A stretch of DNA of 63,723 bases, the filler included, from Lenisia limosa (Eukaryota > Protista > Breviatea): assembly GCA_001655205.1 (NCBI GenBank). It is 9 parts of 9 records of this genome, joined end to end, with 100 filler letters (N's around TTAATTAATTAA, not from the genome) between each part and the next. Parts side by side here need not be neighbours in the genome. Positions count along the whole stretch, not along the records: positions 47,868 to 55,682 come from LPNZ01007549.1; positions 55,783 to 58,977 come from LPNZ01006390.1; positions 59,078 to 60,990 come from LPNZ01006365.1; 6 more parts are not named here. One strand, 5' to 3'. The notes under the pieces are model-generated. The model ran no database searches. It was not told the DNA's origin and was given only the letters and a program-made list of their open reading frames with translations. Of the stretch, positions 47,868 to 59,847 are shown piece after piece (position 1 is the first letter of the stretch; each line of letters opens with the position of its first letter). Position numbers and translations under genes: made by a program.

Positions 47868-50800
47868 CACTTTTTTCTTCTTTTCAAAAAAACATCCCAC
47901 AAATATTGCTAACGACGAGAGAATCGGAGCCCTGAATCCTTATCTTCTATTTACCTTTTTTAGAATGTGGCATTTGGCGAAAGTCCTTGAGGGATATGGC
48001 GACCCTCTTCTTCGTGTATGTTTGGTTGTGTGGGTGCTGTCTCAATATTATCGTTATTATTAACAATTAGATTCTCATAACTTATTGTTTGTTACTTATG
48101 AAACAAAATCTAACCCCCCACCCCCCAGGTTTCTGTTTTAGCCTCAAGGGAACAGACTAAATCCGAGGGTGCCATGGCTGAAGTCCTGGTCTCAATCTTT
48201 ACTCTGTGGGTACTTTATTCATTTCTTGATACTAATCACTTGCTCGGTATTGTTCTTTCTTGATACTAACCACTTGCTCGGTATTGTTCTTTCTTGATCT
48301 TTTATTTAATCCGATCTGAATGGGAAATATTGCGTTTTCTGTTTGCGCTCATTTCAATGATAACATAAATAGGTTGAACTTTAGAAAAGCTTAGGTAATT
48401 AAAGCAAAAACCCGCTCTTTCACTTCTCATTTATCTCTAGGTACTACCAGTGGAGATCTGAGGGTCTGGAGGTCAATGCCTTGGTGAATAAGTGGCACAA
48501 ACACCAGGAGTGGAGTGAGGGGGGGGGTGGAGTGAATGAAGACTATCACAATGAATAGCAGGTTGTTGGAATATGTTTTGTTGTCTTTTTGCTCGCTATT
48601 GGATAACTTTTTTGTTTGTTTTGTTTTGTTTTTACCAAATATCACCGCCCCCACTCACGACTATAGTTACGCCGAGCTCCTTTGCCACCAGTCTACACAC
48701 TCTCTTAAGATGGACCACTCCCCGCACTGGTCTCGTAACACCCTTCCTCACCTCAACCCTGGATAGTTGGATGACTCAAAATGACAACCCTGAAAGTTGG
48801 CGGTTTACTATTTGGAACAAGTACGTCAGCTTTACAAAACACTTAGGCTTCCCTGCGGTCCGAAAAAGACCGTTTAAATATATCGATAAGTATCGAGGAT
48901 TTATCGGGGATTCGGTCTTTTGGGACCGCGCAACCGTAGGGAGGCGCTACAAACAACATCCCTGTTTCTCATCTTCACTTCCGCATGTAATACTATTTCT
49001 TCTTGACAGTTGTTTTGGCACCTTTTTTATGTTAACGTTTTCAGAGGAAGAAGCAACTGACCCAGAATCCAAGGTTTGCTGGTTTTTACATGCAAAATAT
49101 ATTTTTTAAAAAAAAATCAAACTTTACAGTATATGGATGATTAAATATATGTCTATCATAGTATGTACATCACATTATGTTTGTATCTCCTTTTTGAATA
49201 ATTGCAATTTTCTTGCTAAAGAAATATATCACCCATGTCAAATTGTACACTGGTCGGCGGTATATGTACTGTATTCACCTACCAATTCATGAGCCTTTTC
49301 GACTCTACTACGAATAAATTTGCGAAGATGTTTATCTGTTGCGTACATCGCAGCGATGTCTACAAGTTGCTGAATTCACATGCTCCGCATTTAAACATGG
49401 TAGTAAGTGCATATAGTAGTGTTATACCAGCTTACACCAGCACATCCAAGAACCAAGGAATGTGGCAAGTGCCAGAGAGGCGTCCAAGCAGCTCTGCTTC
49501 CTTTCACCTTGCTTTTAGCATTGCATTTGATGGAAGGGTCCTGAGGATTATAACATTAAAGGACCAGTGGATATCTGTGAATAAATAGCAAACGTTAAGA
49601 TTGTTAAAGCAGACCAATAGCATAAGTAGGGTGAAGAAAGGAAGAGTTATCACATTTGTGGTATCTGTTAATCTGTAATATAAGACATGGCCAAAAGTGA
49701 TAAAAGTGTCATTTTCAAGAAAAGAAATCAAAATGAATACAATGTCAAGTTCTAGTGAATGGTTCTGTTTTGCTTTCAGTTCTTTTGTGCAGCTCTCCTT
49801 TCGTTCTTTATGTTTTTTTTTTTTGCTATTTCGTTAAATCAGATTGAATTTTTCATAAATCCTGCGTATAATTTTACATAATCGCTTTTGGAACCGCAAG
49901 TTAAGCTGCAATAAATTTCCATATTTCANNNNNNNNNNNNNNNNNNNNNNNNNNNNNNNNNNNNNNNNNNNNNNNNNNNNNNNNNNNNNNNNNNNNNNNN
50001 NNNNNNNNNNNNNNNNNTGGTTCATAACTTTTCCAATTTCTCTCACCCACCCCAGTGGCATGGAGTCCCTTCGTCCCTCCTGGGAGAACTCCTGCAAACG
50101 GATGGCGATCTAGAGTGGAGCGATGCCCAGCTGGATGGATGCTCTTTGGGTATTTAGGGAAATGGAAATGCTGGATAATCCTTGGGATGAAATATGAAAA
50201 GAGAGGGATTTGCTACGGTCATAAAAAAAACCGTTTAAATATCGATATGTATGGATTCAGTCTTTTTTGGAACTGGGGGGGAAGCCCTATTCATAGCCTC
50301 TTTATGATATTGTGTATTTTTACTTTTCTCTCCTTTATCACTCCACCAGCATTTTCATTTTTACGGACTTTCTGCAGTCGTCTCAACGGACTTGGTATTA
50401 AGGTGGGGTGAAATGATTATCATCATATCCCGTATAAACGGGATAATGTTAACTAGCTTGAAACATCCGTATTAAATTACTCGCTCAATACATTTCAATG
50501 TTTCGGACATACATATTTTACATTTCTTATTCTTCAAATGAGACAATATGTTTAGTGATGGAGACTCTCGTTAATTGTGAAGGGTTAATATACAGACAGC
50601 TTTCAAAAATGTCATGCATTCAGGTTGTCTCGACGTCCAACTGCCAGCCATGTCCACCCACAATGCCTATACTCTCTTCAGCACTCAAGGGGCCACCAAG
50701 CCTCCAACTTCTCCCACTTCGGCCAGACTATCAAGAGGTCCTCTCGTCAGCAGCAAATAGGGTGGGAGGGATTGCGATTTATTTCTTTGCAAGGGACGAA

Positions 50801-53800
50801 AGGGGGTAATGAATCAGTTTGATACTACACTAATATACAGTGACCAGGATTAATCTTGACCGATTTGCTATGTGATTTCCCAAGGAAAATAGGTCAAGAC
50901 TTATCCCAGTCACTGATGATAGTACACCATTTATTGCCTCATTTTGCAACAAGTAATTCTCATAATGTATTATTAAGGCAACAACAGAGGAGTGTCTGGG
51001 GTTGAGTAAATCAGTGATTGGGTGAAGAAATATAACGATAAACATAATTCTTTCTAACCTCAGGATTTGGCAAATTACCACCAAAAGGATCAATATAACC
51101 TTCTGTAGTCCCTCCACACTCGATCGCCTTCTCCACACCTGCTTGCCTCGCCATCGTTGAGGTTGGTGAGTCATCTTCGGCGATCATAGATCTCAAGCGG
51201 ATTAATGAAATATGATTAATAATAAAACCTTATTTCTTATTTCTCATTGCTATATAATAAGCAATAGGGCTCTGAGCTAATTGACCACATTTTCAGGATT
51301 GTGTGTATCTCACTGTAGGGGTCTAAACGATTAATTTTTATTTTTGTTACCACCGAATAAACGAATTTGTTGAATAGATTTTACCATGGACGCTTTGAGT
51401 TCATAGAGTATCTGTTGAAATAAACCTGCTATATTCATTTACGTTTCAGAGGGGGAATCCCCGGATCCGCTTCTGCTCGATCTATATCCACTGGGAGGTT
51501 TGTTTTTTTAGAAAGCGGTAGCGCTCGTGGAGTAGTTTTGATATTAACTTTTACTAGTTTACCTTATTATCACTATTTATTGATATTTTTTGGTTACTAT
51601 TTTGATTCTTATTCTATTTTCTATTTTACCTCCACAGAGGCACCCCATCTCCTGCGCCAACAGAAAACAGTCAAAGCACTGTTGACCGACCTACTCCCTC
51701 TGTGTTCTTGTTCAATAGCGTTGTATTGTGGGGAGGGTGTTTTGTGGTGTTTTATAATTGTGTTTTTAAAAAAATAATCTGGCAAATATTCGGGTTTTTT
51801 CTTTTTCTTTTCTTTTTCTTTTTTTATCATCTTTTTGTATTGAAATAAAGCTCCATTGATATTTTATCGAGATACAGTTTCAAAATTGTGTAACATAATG
51901 TGGATGTTTTATTATTCGTATTGGGTATTGGCTGCCCGATTCACACCTTTGTTTTTTTGGTTACAACATCTTTTAGTATTACATTGTTTGGGTTTATTGA
52001 GTGCGCTGTGGTGCCAGAAGTCTGTCCAGACAAACTTGGTCTGAAATGTAGCTGAAATGTATGTCGTCGGGCACAATCAAATTTTTCTGGATCGTCGCAT
52101 TTGAATTCGGCAGCCAGGGCTATCAACAGCTATCAATAAAGATGGCCATATTTACCACCCCTTTCTTGTAAAAAGAAGGTTAATCAATGCATTAACAAAA
52201 TTAAGAGCTAGACAGGCTTAATGTCCGTCTTGACGTTGGTGAAATCCTCAAGAGACTGTTGTTAGAATCATACACACACTCTCTGGATACAAGAGTTTTT
52301 TTTTTTTTCTTCCAGCAGCACATTCAGCATAGTGTCTATCAAGGAATATTGGTTGGCTTGTGGTTTCCAAGAATTCCAGCACATAAAAGAGAACTTCAGT
52401 TGTCTGGCACATGTTGGATTTGGCACTGTCCTTCTTCTTTACACGGGTAAGCAAATGGTGCCGTCTTGAAGACAGACAGTATTAAACCGTTTTCACTACG
52501 TCTCCCTTTATAAAGTGCCTGTCATATCAGCAGAACAAACATGGAGGGGTGAAAGTGCCTACCATATTTCCAGCCAAACATGGAGGGGTGAAAGTGGCTC
52601 AATCTATACAAGTAATAATTAGGTAACTGGTGCATGGTGCATAAAATGCCAGACAATGACAAATACATATTTATTTAATTGCTAGAGCCTCATTTTAGGT
52701 TCCATATAGCAACTGAACTCTACTGGTCGGGCTGCTTGCAAAGATGCTATTATGTAATGAATACAAGAGTAGCCATTTGACTTCTGGAACCGCAGCACAT
52801 TTTGAAACCTGTCACCCTTTTCCCTTTCTCAATTACCTCGGTACTCACTTCCATGTTTCATCATTTCTTGTTTATGTACTTCGTCACCGTCGTCTTTCTC
52901 ACCCTTCAGACCGAAGAGCAAGCCTTCTGATGAGGATGTGGGGAGCGAGGGGCTTACTATTCTCTTTTATCTGGAATTGAGCTTTCAGTTCCAACTGTGT
53001 AAACCATCGATATGTTCGATAATTGGAAAAACTGAAAGTGACGTTTTACTCCACCGTTTATTGATAATAGGTATTATATTACCCCCGACCCCAACCGTAT
53101 TTCATTAACATAATGCAACATATGCAATAATCCCCATCACCCATCACCAACATACTGCATATGTGGGGAGGCATGTAGAAAGCTGTGTGCACAGAGTTGT
53201 AAGGCAAATGATTGGATGAACTAATATTATACTATAATCCAATATCTCTTATAAGCGTGNNNNNNNNNNNNNNNNNNNNNNNNNNNNNNNNNNNNNNNNN
53301 NNNNNNNNNNNNNNNNNNNNNNNNNNNNNNNNNNNNNNNNNNNNNNNNNAATAGTAGGTGCCATAGTCCTAGAAGTTGCTCTCCGCAGTCACGCGGTGTC
53401 TATTTCTGTCTGGTCACTAGATCTCCAAGATCTTCCGTCTGACTGTGCGTCATATTGGGTCCCCGGCGGCGATGTAGCCAGCCCGGTACGGGAGGCGAGT
53501 TTGGTCGAAATCTCCTCCCCGGCACTGTCCGCGTCCATGGAGCTGCTACCCGTGGGGGGGGGGGGGNNNNNNNNNNNNNNNNNNNNNNNNNNNNNNNNNN
53601 NNNNNNNNNNNNNNNNNNNNNNNNNNNNNNNNNNNNNNNNNNNNNNNNNNNNNNNNNNNNNNNNNNNNNNNNNNNNNNNNNNNNNNNNNNNNNNNNNNNT
53701 AATGGAGATTTGGTGCTATGATAGTGAATTTGAAATACTCTCTAAGAGACTTACCTGGCCGGCTTAACTCTTTAGGATAATGCTCCGCAACCTGACAAAA

Positions 53801-55682
53801 TGACTGAACAAAGTACGAAAAAGAAGACATTCCACCATATCCCCCTCCTCTTGTATACACAATACATATACGAAGGGCTTCTTTGGTCAAATAAAGACTG
53901 GTAAAATATCGTTATTTATCGGGGATTTATCGAGAAATTCGATCATTAGGGAAGCCCTACATATACTACATACATATCATATACTACATATCAGTTCATC
54001 CGAAGCGTACTAATACAATTCAGAGACTCCCTCTGAGACTGAGGTTTCCTCTGTTTGCCACGCCGTGGAACAGGTGAGTTGCTGGGTTGTCGTCGTATAC
54101 ATTTCATATGATATATTGTGTGTATATATTATGATATATGTACATATATACTATCTAATTACAATCATATGCATGTAATATATGAGATATATATATAGTC
54201 AAAGCTCCGGACATCATTCAAAATCTCCGGACACATCAAAACTCCCGGACAGCTTGAATTTTCCCTATAAAAGTACTATAAACTTCATTTTCATGTTATT
54301 TTCGAAAGTAATTTCAGTCATAATCACAGGATTGAATGCGGTTTTTACATATTCTTGGCTCAAACCCAAATTAAGTCACTTGGCTACCCGTTTGCGGCCC
54401 TTAAACTGCCACAAACAACCAAAACCGTTAAAATCGGCCACATTCAAGGAATAAATGGCAACTATCCGGGAAAGTTTGACCTTGTAGAAAGCACTATTTT
54501 GAACATTTTTTTCTCAAAATTCACCATTACATTGCCAAAGCATGGGGGAATCCATAACCAATTACTCCGAGGGGTACAATTTTTGTTTCTAAGCACTAAA
54601 AGAGGGATAGATATAGAAAATAATCTCGTGAAAAGGCAAAAGGGGCCACCCCCGGGGAGACCAAATTCATGGATCTTTAACACTTGCTCAAAATTGAAAA
54701 AAAAGTTGGGGAACATTAAGAGGTCATTTTCTTAATATATCTGTCGAACCAGTTTTGTATTAAACACTACCGTTGACCCATACAAGGGGTCAACNNNNNN
54801 NNNNATATATCATAGTTTATGCAGTATTTCTCATCCCCCTTCAGGCTGTAAGCACAACCATGACGAACATGCACTTGGCATCAACAACATACAACTTCAG
54901 CATTCGGGCGCTTTTGTCTGTTCTCCACAGAGCCCGGCCAGGCGAGAAGAGCAAAACCACCACGGAGGTGGGAGGGGGCTGGGTTTATCCACACCCCAAA
55001 ATCGTGATTTGATTCTAAGAAACTATGATTTTGATCATTACCCCCCCCCCCCNNNNNNNNNNNNNNNNNNNNNNNNNNNNNNNNNNNNNNNNNNNNNNNN
55101 NNNNNNNNNNNNNNNNNNNNNNNNNNNNNNNNNNNNNNNNNNNNNNNNNNNNNNNNNNNNNNNNNNNNNNNNNNNNNNNNNNNNNNNNNNNNNNNNNNNN
55201 NNNNNNNNNNNNNNNNNNNNNNNNNNNCATTCGGGCTGAGGCCTCCATTTTCCCTGCCCTCGACAACCCCACTGCTATTATGGAAAGTTCAGCGTTCGTG
55301 AGAGTGAGGGGTGTCTCATAAGACATTATGCTTCACTAATACGATATATATAGAGCTTCACTTTGGTTCGATGGTGTGGACAGCTTTGGCCAGATACAAT
55401 CTTATTGTATTTCATCTCTATGCAATACGTTATTGTTTGTCATTCACCAGGTGACATGAGTAATATGAGTAACTTGAATAGCATACATACCCTCTGGTTG
55501 TTATACCCCGATCTTGCCTTGCACACCGCTGTATAACTCTGTTATCTCCATAGACCCTTGATAGTGTGCTGAAGTTGTACCCTTCTCCGCCCCTTTTCGC
55601 ACAAAACAGCCTCAAATCGGAAGTAAGCCCCTTGCGTTCACGGAAATGACATTGTTGTTCTGTATCAAGAAATCTCCACCCA
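47868..55682 (+). CDS. One or more hypothetical multi-exon genes; structure unresolved
   Basis: Many plus-strand segments with pyrimidine tract-AG and GT borders (e.g. GTPSPAPTENSQSTVDRPTPSVFLF; LEVALRSHAVSISVWSLDLQDLP...). Phases could not be closed and no family was recognised. Confidence 0.35.
48222..48298. repeat. 34 bp tandem duplication in an intron
   Basis: TTTCTTGATACTAA(T/C)CACTTGCTCGGTATTGTTC twice plus a partial third copy. Confidence 0.85.
48846..48945. repeat. ~100 bp palindromic (hairpin) dispersed repeat, best-preserved copy
   Basis: GGCTTCCCT-GCGGTCCGAAAAAGACCG ... CGGTCTTTTGGGACCGC ... AGGGAGGC. Related copies lie near 3616, 46224, 50202, 53874, 57724, 58305 and 59108. Confidence 0.7.
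53874..53958. repeat. Hairpin repeat family copy
   Basis: AGGGCTTC ... TTTATCGGGGATTTATCGAG ... GAAGCCCT inverted ends. Confidence 0.6.
54196..54804. mobile_element. ~610-650 bp MITE, copy 1 (right TIR falls in the N gap)
   Basis: Starts TAGTCAAAGCTCCGGACATCATTCAAAA after a (TA)n run and aligns along its length with 56922-57571. It is followed by ATATAT after the gap. Confidence 0.8.
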
Positions 55683-55726
55683 NNNNNNNNNNNNNNNNNN
55701 NNNNNNNNNNNNNNNNNNNNNNNNNN

Positions 55727-55738
55727 TTAATTAATTAA
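55727..55738. other. Artificial scaffold-joining spacer
   Basis: TTAATTAATTAA between N runs. Confidence 0.97.
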
Positions 55739-55782
55739 NNNNNNNNNNNNNNNNNNNNNNNNNNNNNNNNNNNNNNNNNNNN

Positions 55783-58730
55783 CAAATGACATTGCTTTCG
55801 CGTATCGCCAAGCCCGGCTATATGGCTACCCAACTGACGGTTTGTTCTTGGCTGCTATGGGTTGGAACTAGGGATTTAATTCGGTTCGAATAAGTCAAAA
55901 TTCTCACTAGGGACGCCAGTCCCGAGGAAATATGCCCCTCAAATCCATACCTTTTACCCCTTTCACCCCCATCTCAGATTCGGTGCTCATCAGTGAGGCA
56001 GCACTAGTCCACGATATCAGCCAGTACGTCATGGCCGCAAGAGAGCGCATTCAGTTGGTAGTGGACCAGATCAGCCGCTTCGAGATCAACTCTCCCATCA
56101 CCATTGTGGTTTGCTGCGGTTATCAACTCACGATTTTCCTTCTATTGGTTTTGATGTATTTAGAAGCACATGTGATTTCCCTTTTTCAAGGGAAATAATA
56201 TATATATACTATATCATATACATATACATGTACATTGGAACCCTAGGGGGAAAATACATAGGGATACCATAAACAAAGTACCNNNNNNNNNNGGTTCTTG
56301 GCTGCTATGGGTTGGAACTAGGGATTTACTTCGGTTCGAATAAGTCTGAATTCCCACTGCGGATAATCCTTTTTAACTTCATCTTTATCTGAAATATAGA
56401 GCATGAATTGATCTTTAGAGGAATATTTTCAATTTTTCAAATTAAAGAATAAATTATAACTGGGGATGCACTGATTCAAAAAAAGAAAAAGAAAAAAACA
56501 AATAAAAGAAAGAAAAAAGAAGAAGAAAAAAAAAATGTTGAAAATCCCAGGGGGGAAATGACGAAATCGAAAATCCCTAGTGCATACGGTCATTGTTTCC
56601 CTTGTCTTGTGTTCAATATTTTTTTATTTTTTTTCTGAAAATACTGGAACATTTCTAGGTAAAAAAAAGTTCAAAGACTTTTCTTCGTAAATCCACACCT
56701 TTTACCCTCCTTTCACTCCCATCTCAGATTCAGTGCTCATCAGTGAGGCAGCACTAGTCCACGATATCACCCAGTACGTCACGGCCGCAAGAGAGCGCAT
56801 TCAGTTGGTAGTGGACCAGATCAGCCGCTTCGAGATCAACTCNNNNNNNNNNCATGTATTTAGAAGCACACCTGATTTTCCCTTCTTTCTTTTTGAACAA
56901 GAGAAATAATAAATGTATGTATAGTCAAAGCTCCGGACATCATTCAAAATTCCCGGACACATCAAAACTCCCGGACAGCTTGAGTTTTTCATACAAAATC
57001 ACCATAAACCACCTAGAAACCCTATTTCCCTTCTGTTTTTGAAAGTAATCTCAATCTTAATCAAATAATGAAACCCCAATTTAACATATTATCGGGTCAA
57101 AACCAAATTAAGTCCCTAAGCTCTCTATTTACGGTCCAAAAACGGTCAAAAACAAGCAAAAACCGTTATAAAAGGCCACATTCAAGGAATAAATGGCAAC
57201 TATCCGGGAAAGTTTACCCCTGTTGACAGTGCTATTTTTAGCATTTTTTCCTCAAAATTCACCATTACATAGCCAAAGCAAATGGGAACCCGGAACCAAT
57301 TACTCCGAGTGGTCTTAACACTAAAAGAGGGTAAGATTCAGAAAAAAATCCTGTGAAAAGGCAAAAGGGGGACCCCCGGGAGACCAAATTCATGGATTTT
57401 TGACATGTGCTCAAAATTGAAAAAATAAGTTAGGGAACATTAGGAGGTCCTTTCTCTATGTATCTGTCGAAGCATTTTTTCAAAAATCATTAGCAATGGC
57501 CTATACAAGGTGTCAACTTCAAGCTGTCCGGGAGTTTTGATGTGTCCGGGNNNNNNNNNNAGGAGCTTTGAGGACCCACATACATATATATATGATATGT
57601 ACATGTACATTGGAACCCTAGGGAAACAAATAAATACATAGGGATACCATAAACAAAGTACTATGTTCCAATAGCTCGCATAAATACTCACCATATTTTG
57701 ATTGGTTTCTTGTTCTGTAGTTATTTGGGCTTCCCCATGTTCCGAAAAAGACCGATATAATATCATTTTTCGAGGATTTATCAGAACTTCAGTGGCTCAC
57801 CATTTAGAATCAATATTCCTCCGAAGGTTACGCATCCGGTCCCATTGTCGACCTTTATCATTACAGAATCGTGGGGGGGAGTTTTCATATCATGAACTTT
57901 TTTTTTCATTATATCGAATTATTCCATGTTGTAAGTACCTCGATATTTTCTCCGTATTATACTTGATAAATGTGTTATATGTGTTTCACCACATAATGAA
58001 TGTTATGAAAGTTAGAAATCATATCACTTTTGGATCATTTTCACACGTGTGAACTATTTTTTTCTCTCCTAGTTTTTCTTGAGGTCTTATTTTTGCCAAT
58101 ATTATCCGCCAACTTCTTGGCAATTCAACAGTTATATCCGCTTTTGTGTTTTCCACCTCACACTTTAGAATAACCCGCTTTTAAAGGCGATTTGTGAGGA
58201 TATTCTAAGTGTGGTGCTTTCAGGTTTGGAAATCATACTGCAAATCGATAAAGGCTTATCCCAGTCACTGTACATTTTTACGGTGTTACAAATGAGTTAT
58301 CATTTGGGCTTCCCTACGTTTCCAAAAAGACGTGATTCCTCGATAATTCCTCGATAAATATCGATATATTGATGTTTGAAGCCGTAGCTTACCTTTTCTC
58401 CCTCCGTTCACCTTTCAAGACTCTCCACCAAGCCAGAGCACAGTCTCAGAATGGTTGACAGCCATTGAGGTGAGGAAAGGGACATTTCCGTCTTAATATT
58501 TGCAGTGAACCTGCTGATTTTTTTGATTGTTTGAGAGCGTGAATAGTTAATATAATCTAGGAAGTAAGTAAATATATTGTAGGGTTACCATAAACACATT
58601 ACTGCTCAGACTGCCCGGTCGGCTCGGGAGGGCCAACTTGATACAAGCCTTTACCAGATCCTGAACTTCCTTCCGCAGTTCATGCGCTGCCTCAAGTACT
58701 TCGCAAGGTCAGTTCGATTTAATTTGGTGC
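55783..58730 (+). CDS. Hypothetical multi-exon gene fragment containing a duplicated exon
   Basis: NDIAFAYRQARLYGYPTD|DSVLISEAALVHDISQYVMAARERIQLVVDQISRFEINSP... is present twice (from ~55978 and ~56728). Later exons: DSPPSQSTVSEWLTAIE|TARSAREGQLDTSLYQILNFLPQF... Confidence 0.4.
56922..57571. mobile_element. ~650 bp MITE, copy 2, with ~55 bp TIRs
   Basis: Left TCAAAGCTCC...CCCGGACACATCAAAACTCCCGGACAGCTTGA; right TCAAGCTGTCCGGGAGTTTTGATGTGTCCGGG-N10-AGGAGCTTTGA is its reverse complement. Three CCGGACA sub-repeats in the left arm; preceded by TA. Confidence 0.85.
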
Positions 58731-59021
58731 CATTGTTTGTCAAACCCTCTGCCTCTTAACATTTTATTTTGAGCTTTATACATTTCTTAATATTTGAAGA
58801 ATATCATATCATATGTATTGTGGAGAGAGAGAGAGAGACAGAGTGTGTGTGGGGGTGTAAATAGATATGCAGGACCGGCTAAACCTATCCTTTTATGGAC
58901 CACCGGACCATATTGGCCCAGTTTTTAACATGAGAGGTATTACCGAAAATAGAAGCACTTTTCCGTCATTTTGAAAANNNNNNNNNNNNNNNNNNNNNNN
59001 NNNNNNNNNNNNNNNNNNNNN

Positions 59022-59033
59022 TTAATTAATTAA
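59022..59033. other. Artificial scaffold-joining spacer
   Basis: TTAATTAATTAA between N runs. Confidence 0.97.
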
Positions 59034-59077
59034 NNNNNNNNNNNNNNNNNNNNNNNNNNNNNNNNNNNNNNNNNNNN

Positions 59078-59829
59078 TCCCTCAGATTTCCCGTCAATGT
59101 ACCAGGTAGGGGGCCCAGGACTAAAAAAGACCGTAAAAATATCCATTTTCTTGGTTTTGCTTTACTAAACCTTTCTAGGCACTTTCCATGACAGTCGCCA
59201 AGATGCCAAAGTGGCTTGAGAAGAGGCCCCTGGTAAGCACCATGATTAGGGCTTCACTTTGGTTCGTGCTCTTGCTTTCATATCACATAGTTCATTTCGG
59301 TTTTTTTGATATCCACATCAAGCCATATTGCCCCCCTATCAAATAAGTCATATTTATGAGTGTTTCCGTAGTTATAAAATGTATTTATCTGATTTCATGT
59401 GCATAACAACATCATTACCCCCATATCAAAATTAATTCTGGGTTGTTTTGTTTAATTTCCCCTTTTTACTTCCATAATTCGAGTTTTTTTTGTTTTATTC
59501 CCCTTTTCACTCCCCATAGTCTGAGGTCCATGGATTGTGCCGCAAAGTCCTCACCATCTACGCCCGAAAAGTCCACTCTTCTGGCCTCACGGAGTACCAT
59601 GACGCCTACCCCGTACTTGATGCTTTGCTAAAGGTAATGCAATGACCAGACCTTATCTACCATCTGACTTGATACCATGTACTCTTGTTCTTGTTTCACT
59701 CTGTAGACTCTTGAAGAACGCAGTGTCACTCCCGACGTCGTGAAGCCTCCCTCCAATACCCCTCCACAGGTCGAGGTTCAACCATCTGTATCAAAAACCA
59801 AGACGTTTACCTTCCCGTCCTATAACTGA
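59078..59829 (+). CDS. 3' end of a hypothetical protein
   Basis: VAKMPKWLEKRPL|SEVHGLCRKVLTIYARKVHSSGLTEYHDAYPVLDALLK|TLEERSVTPDVVKPP...FTFPSYN* with in-phase GT-AG introns. Confidence 0.55.
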
Positions 59830-59847
59830 AGCTTCTGTTCAGTGTGG

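Noticed and set aside
48427-49560. Minus-strand RecA/DnaB-like reading (RLVAKELGVTIVALT)
   Set aside because: It needs weak splice sites, has no Walker motifs, and conflicts with better plus-strand splice signals over the same bases.
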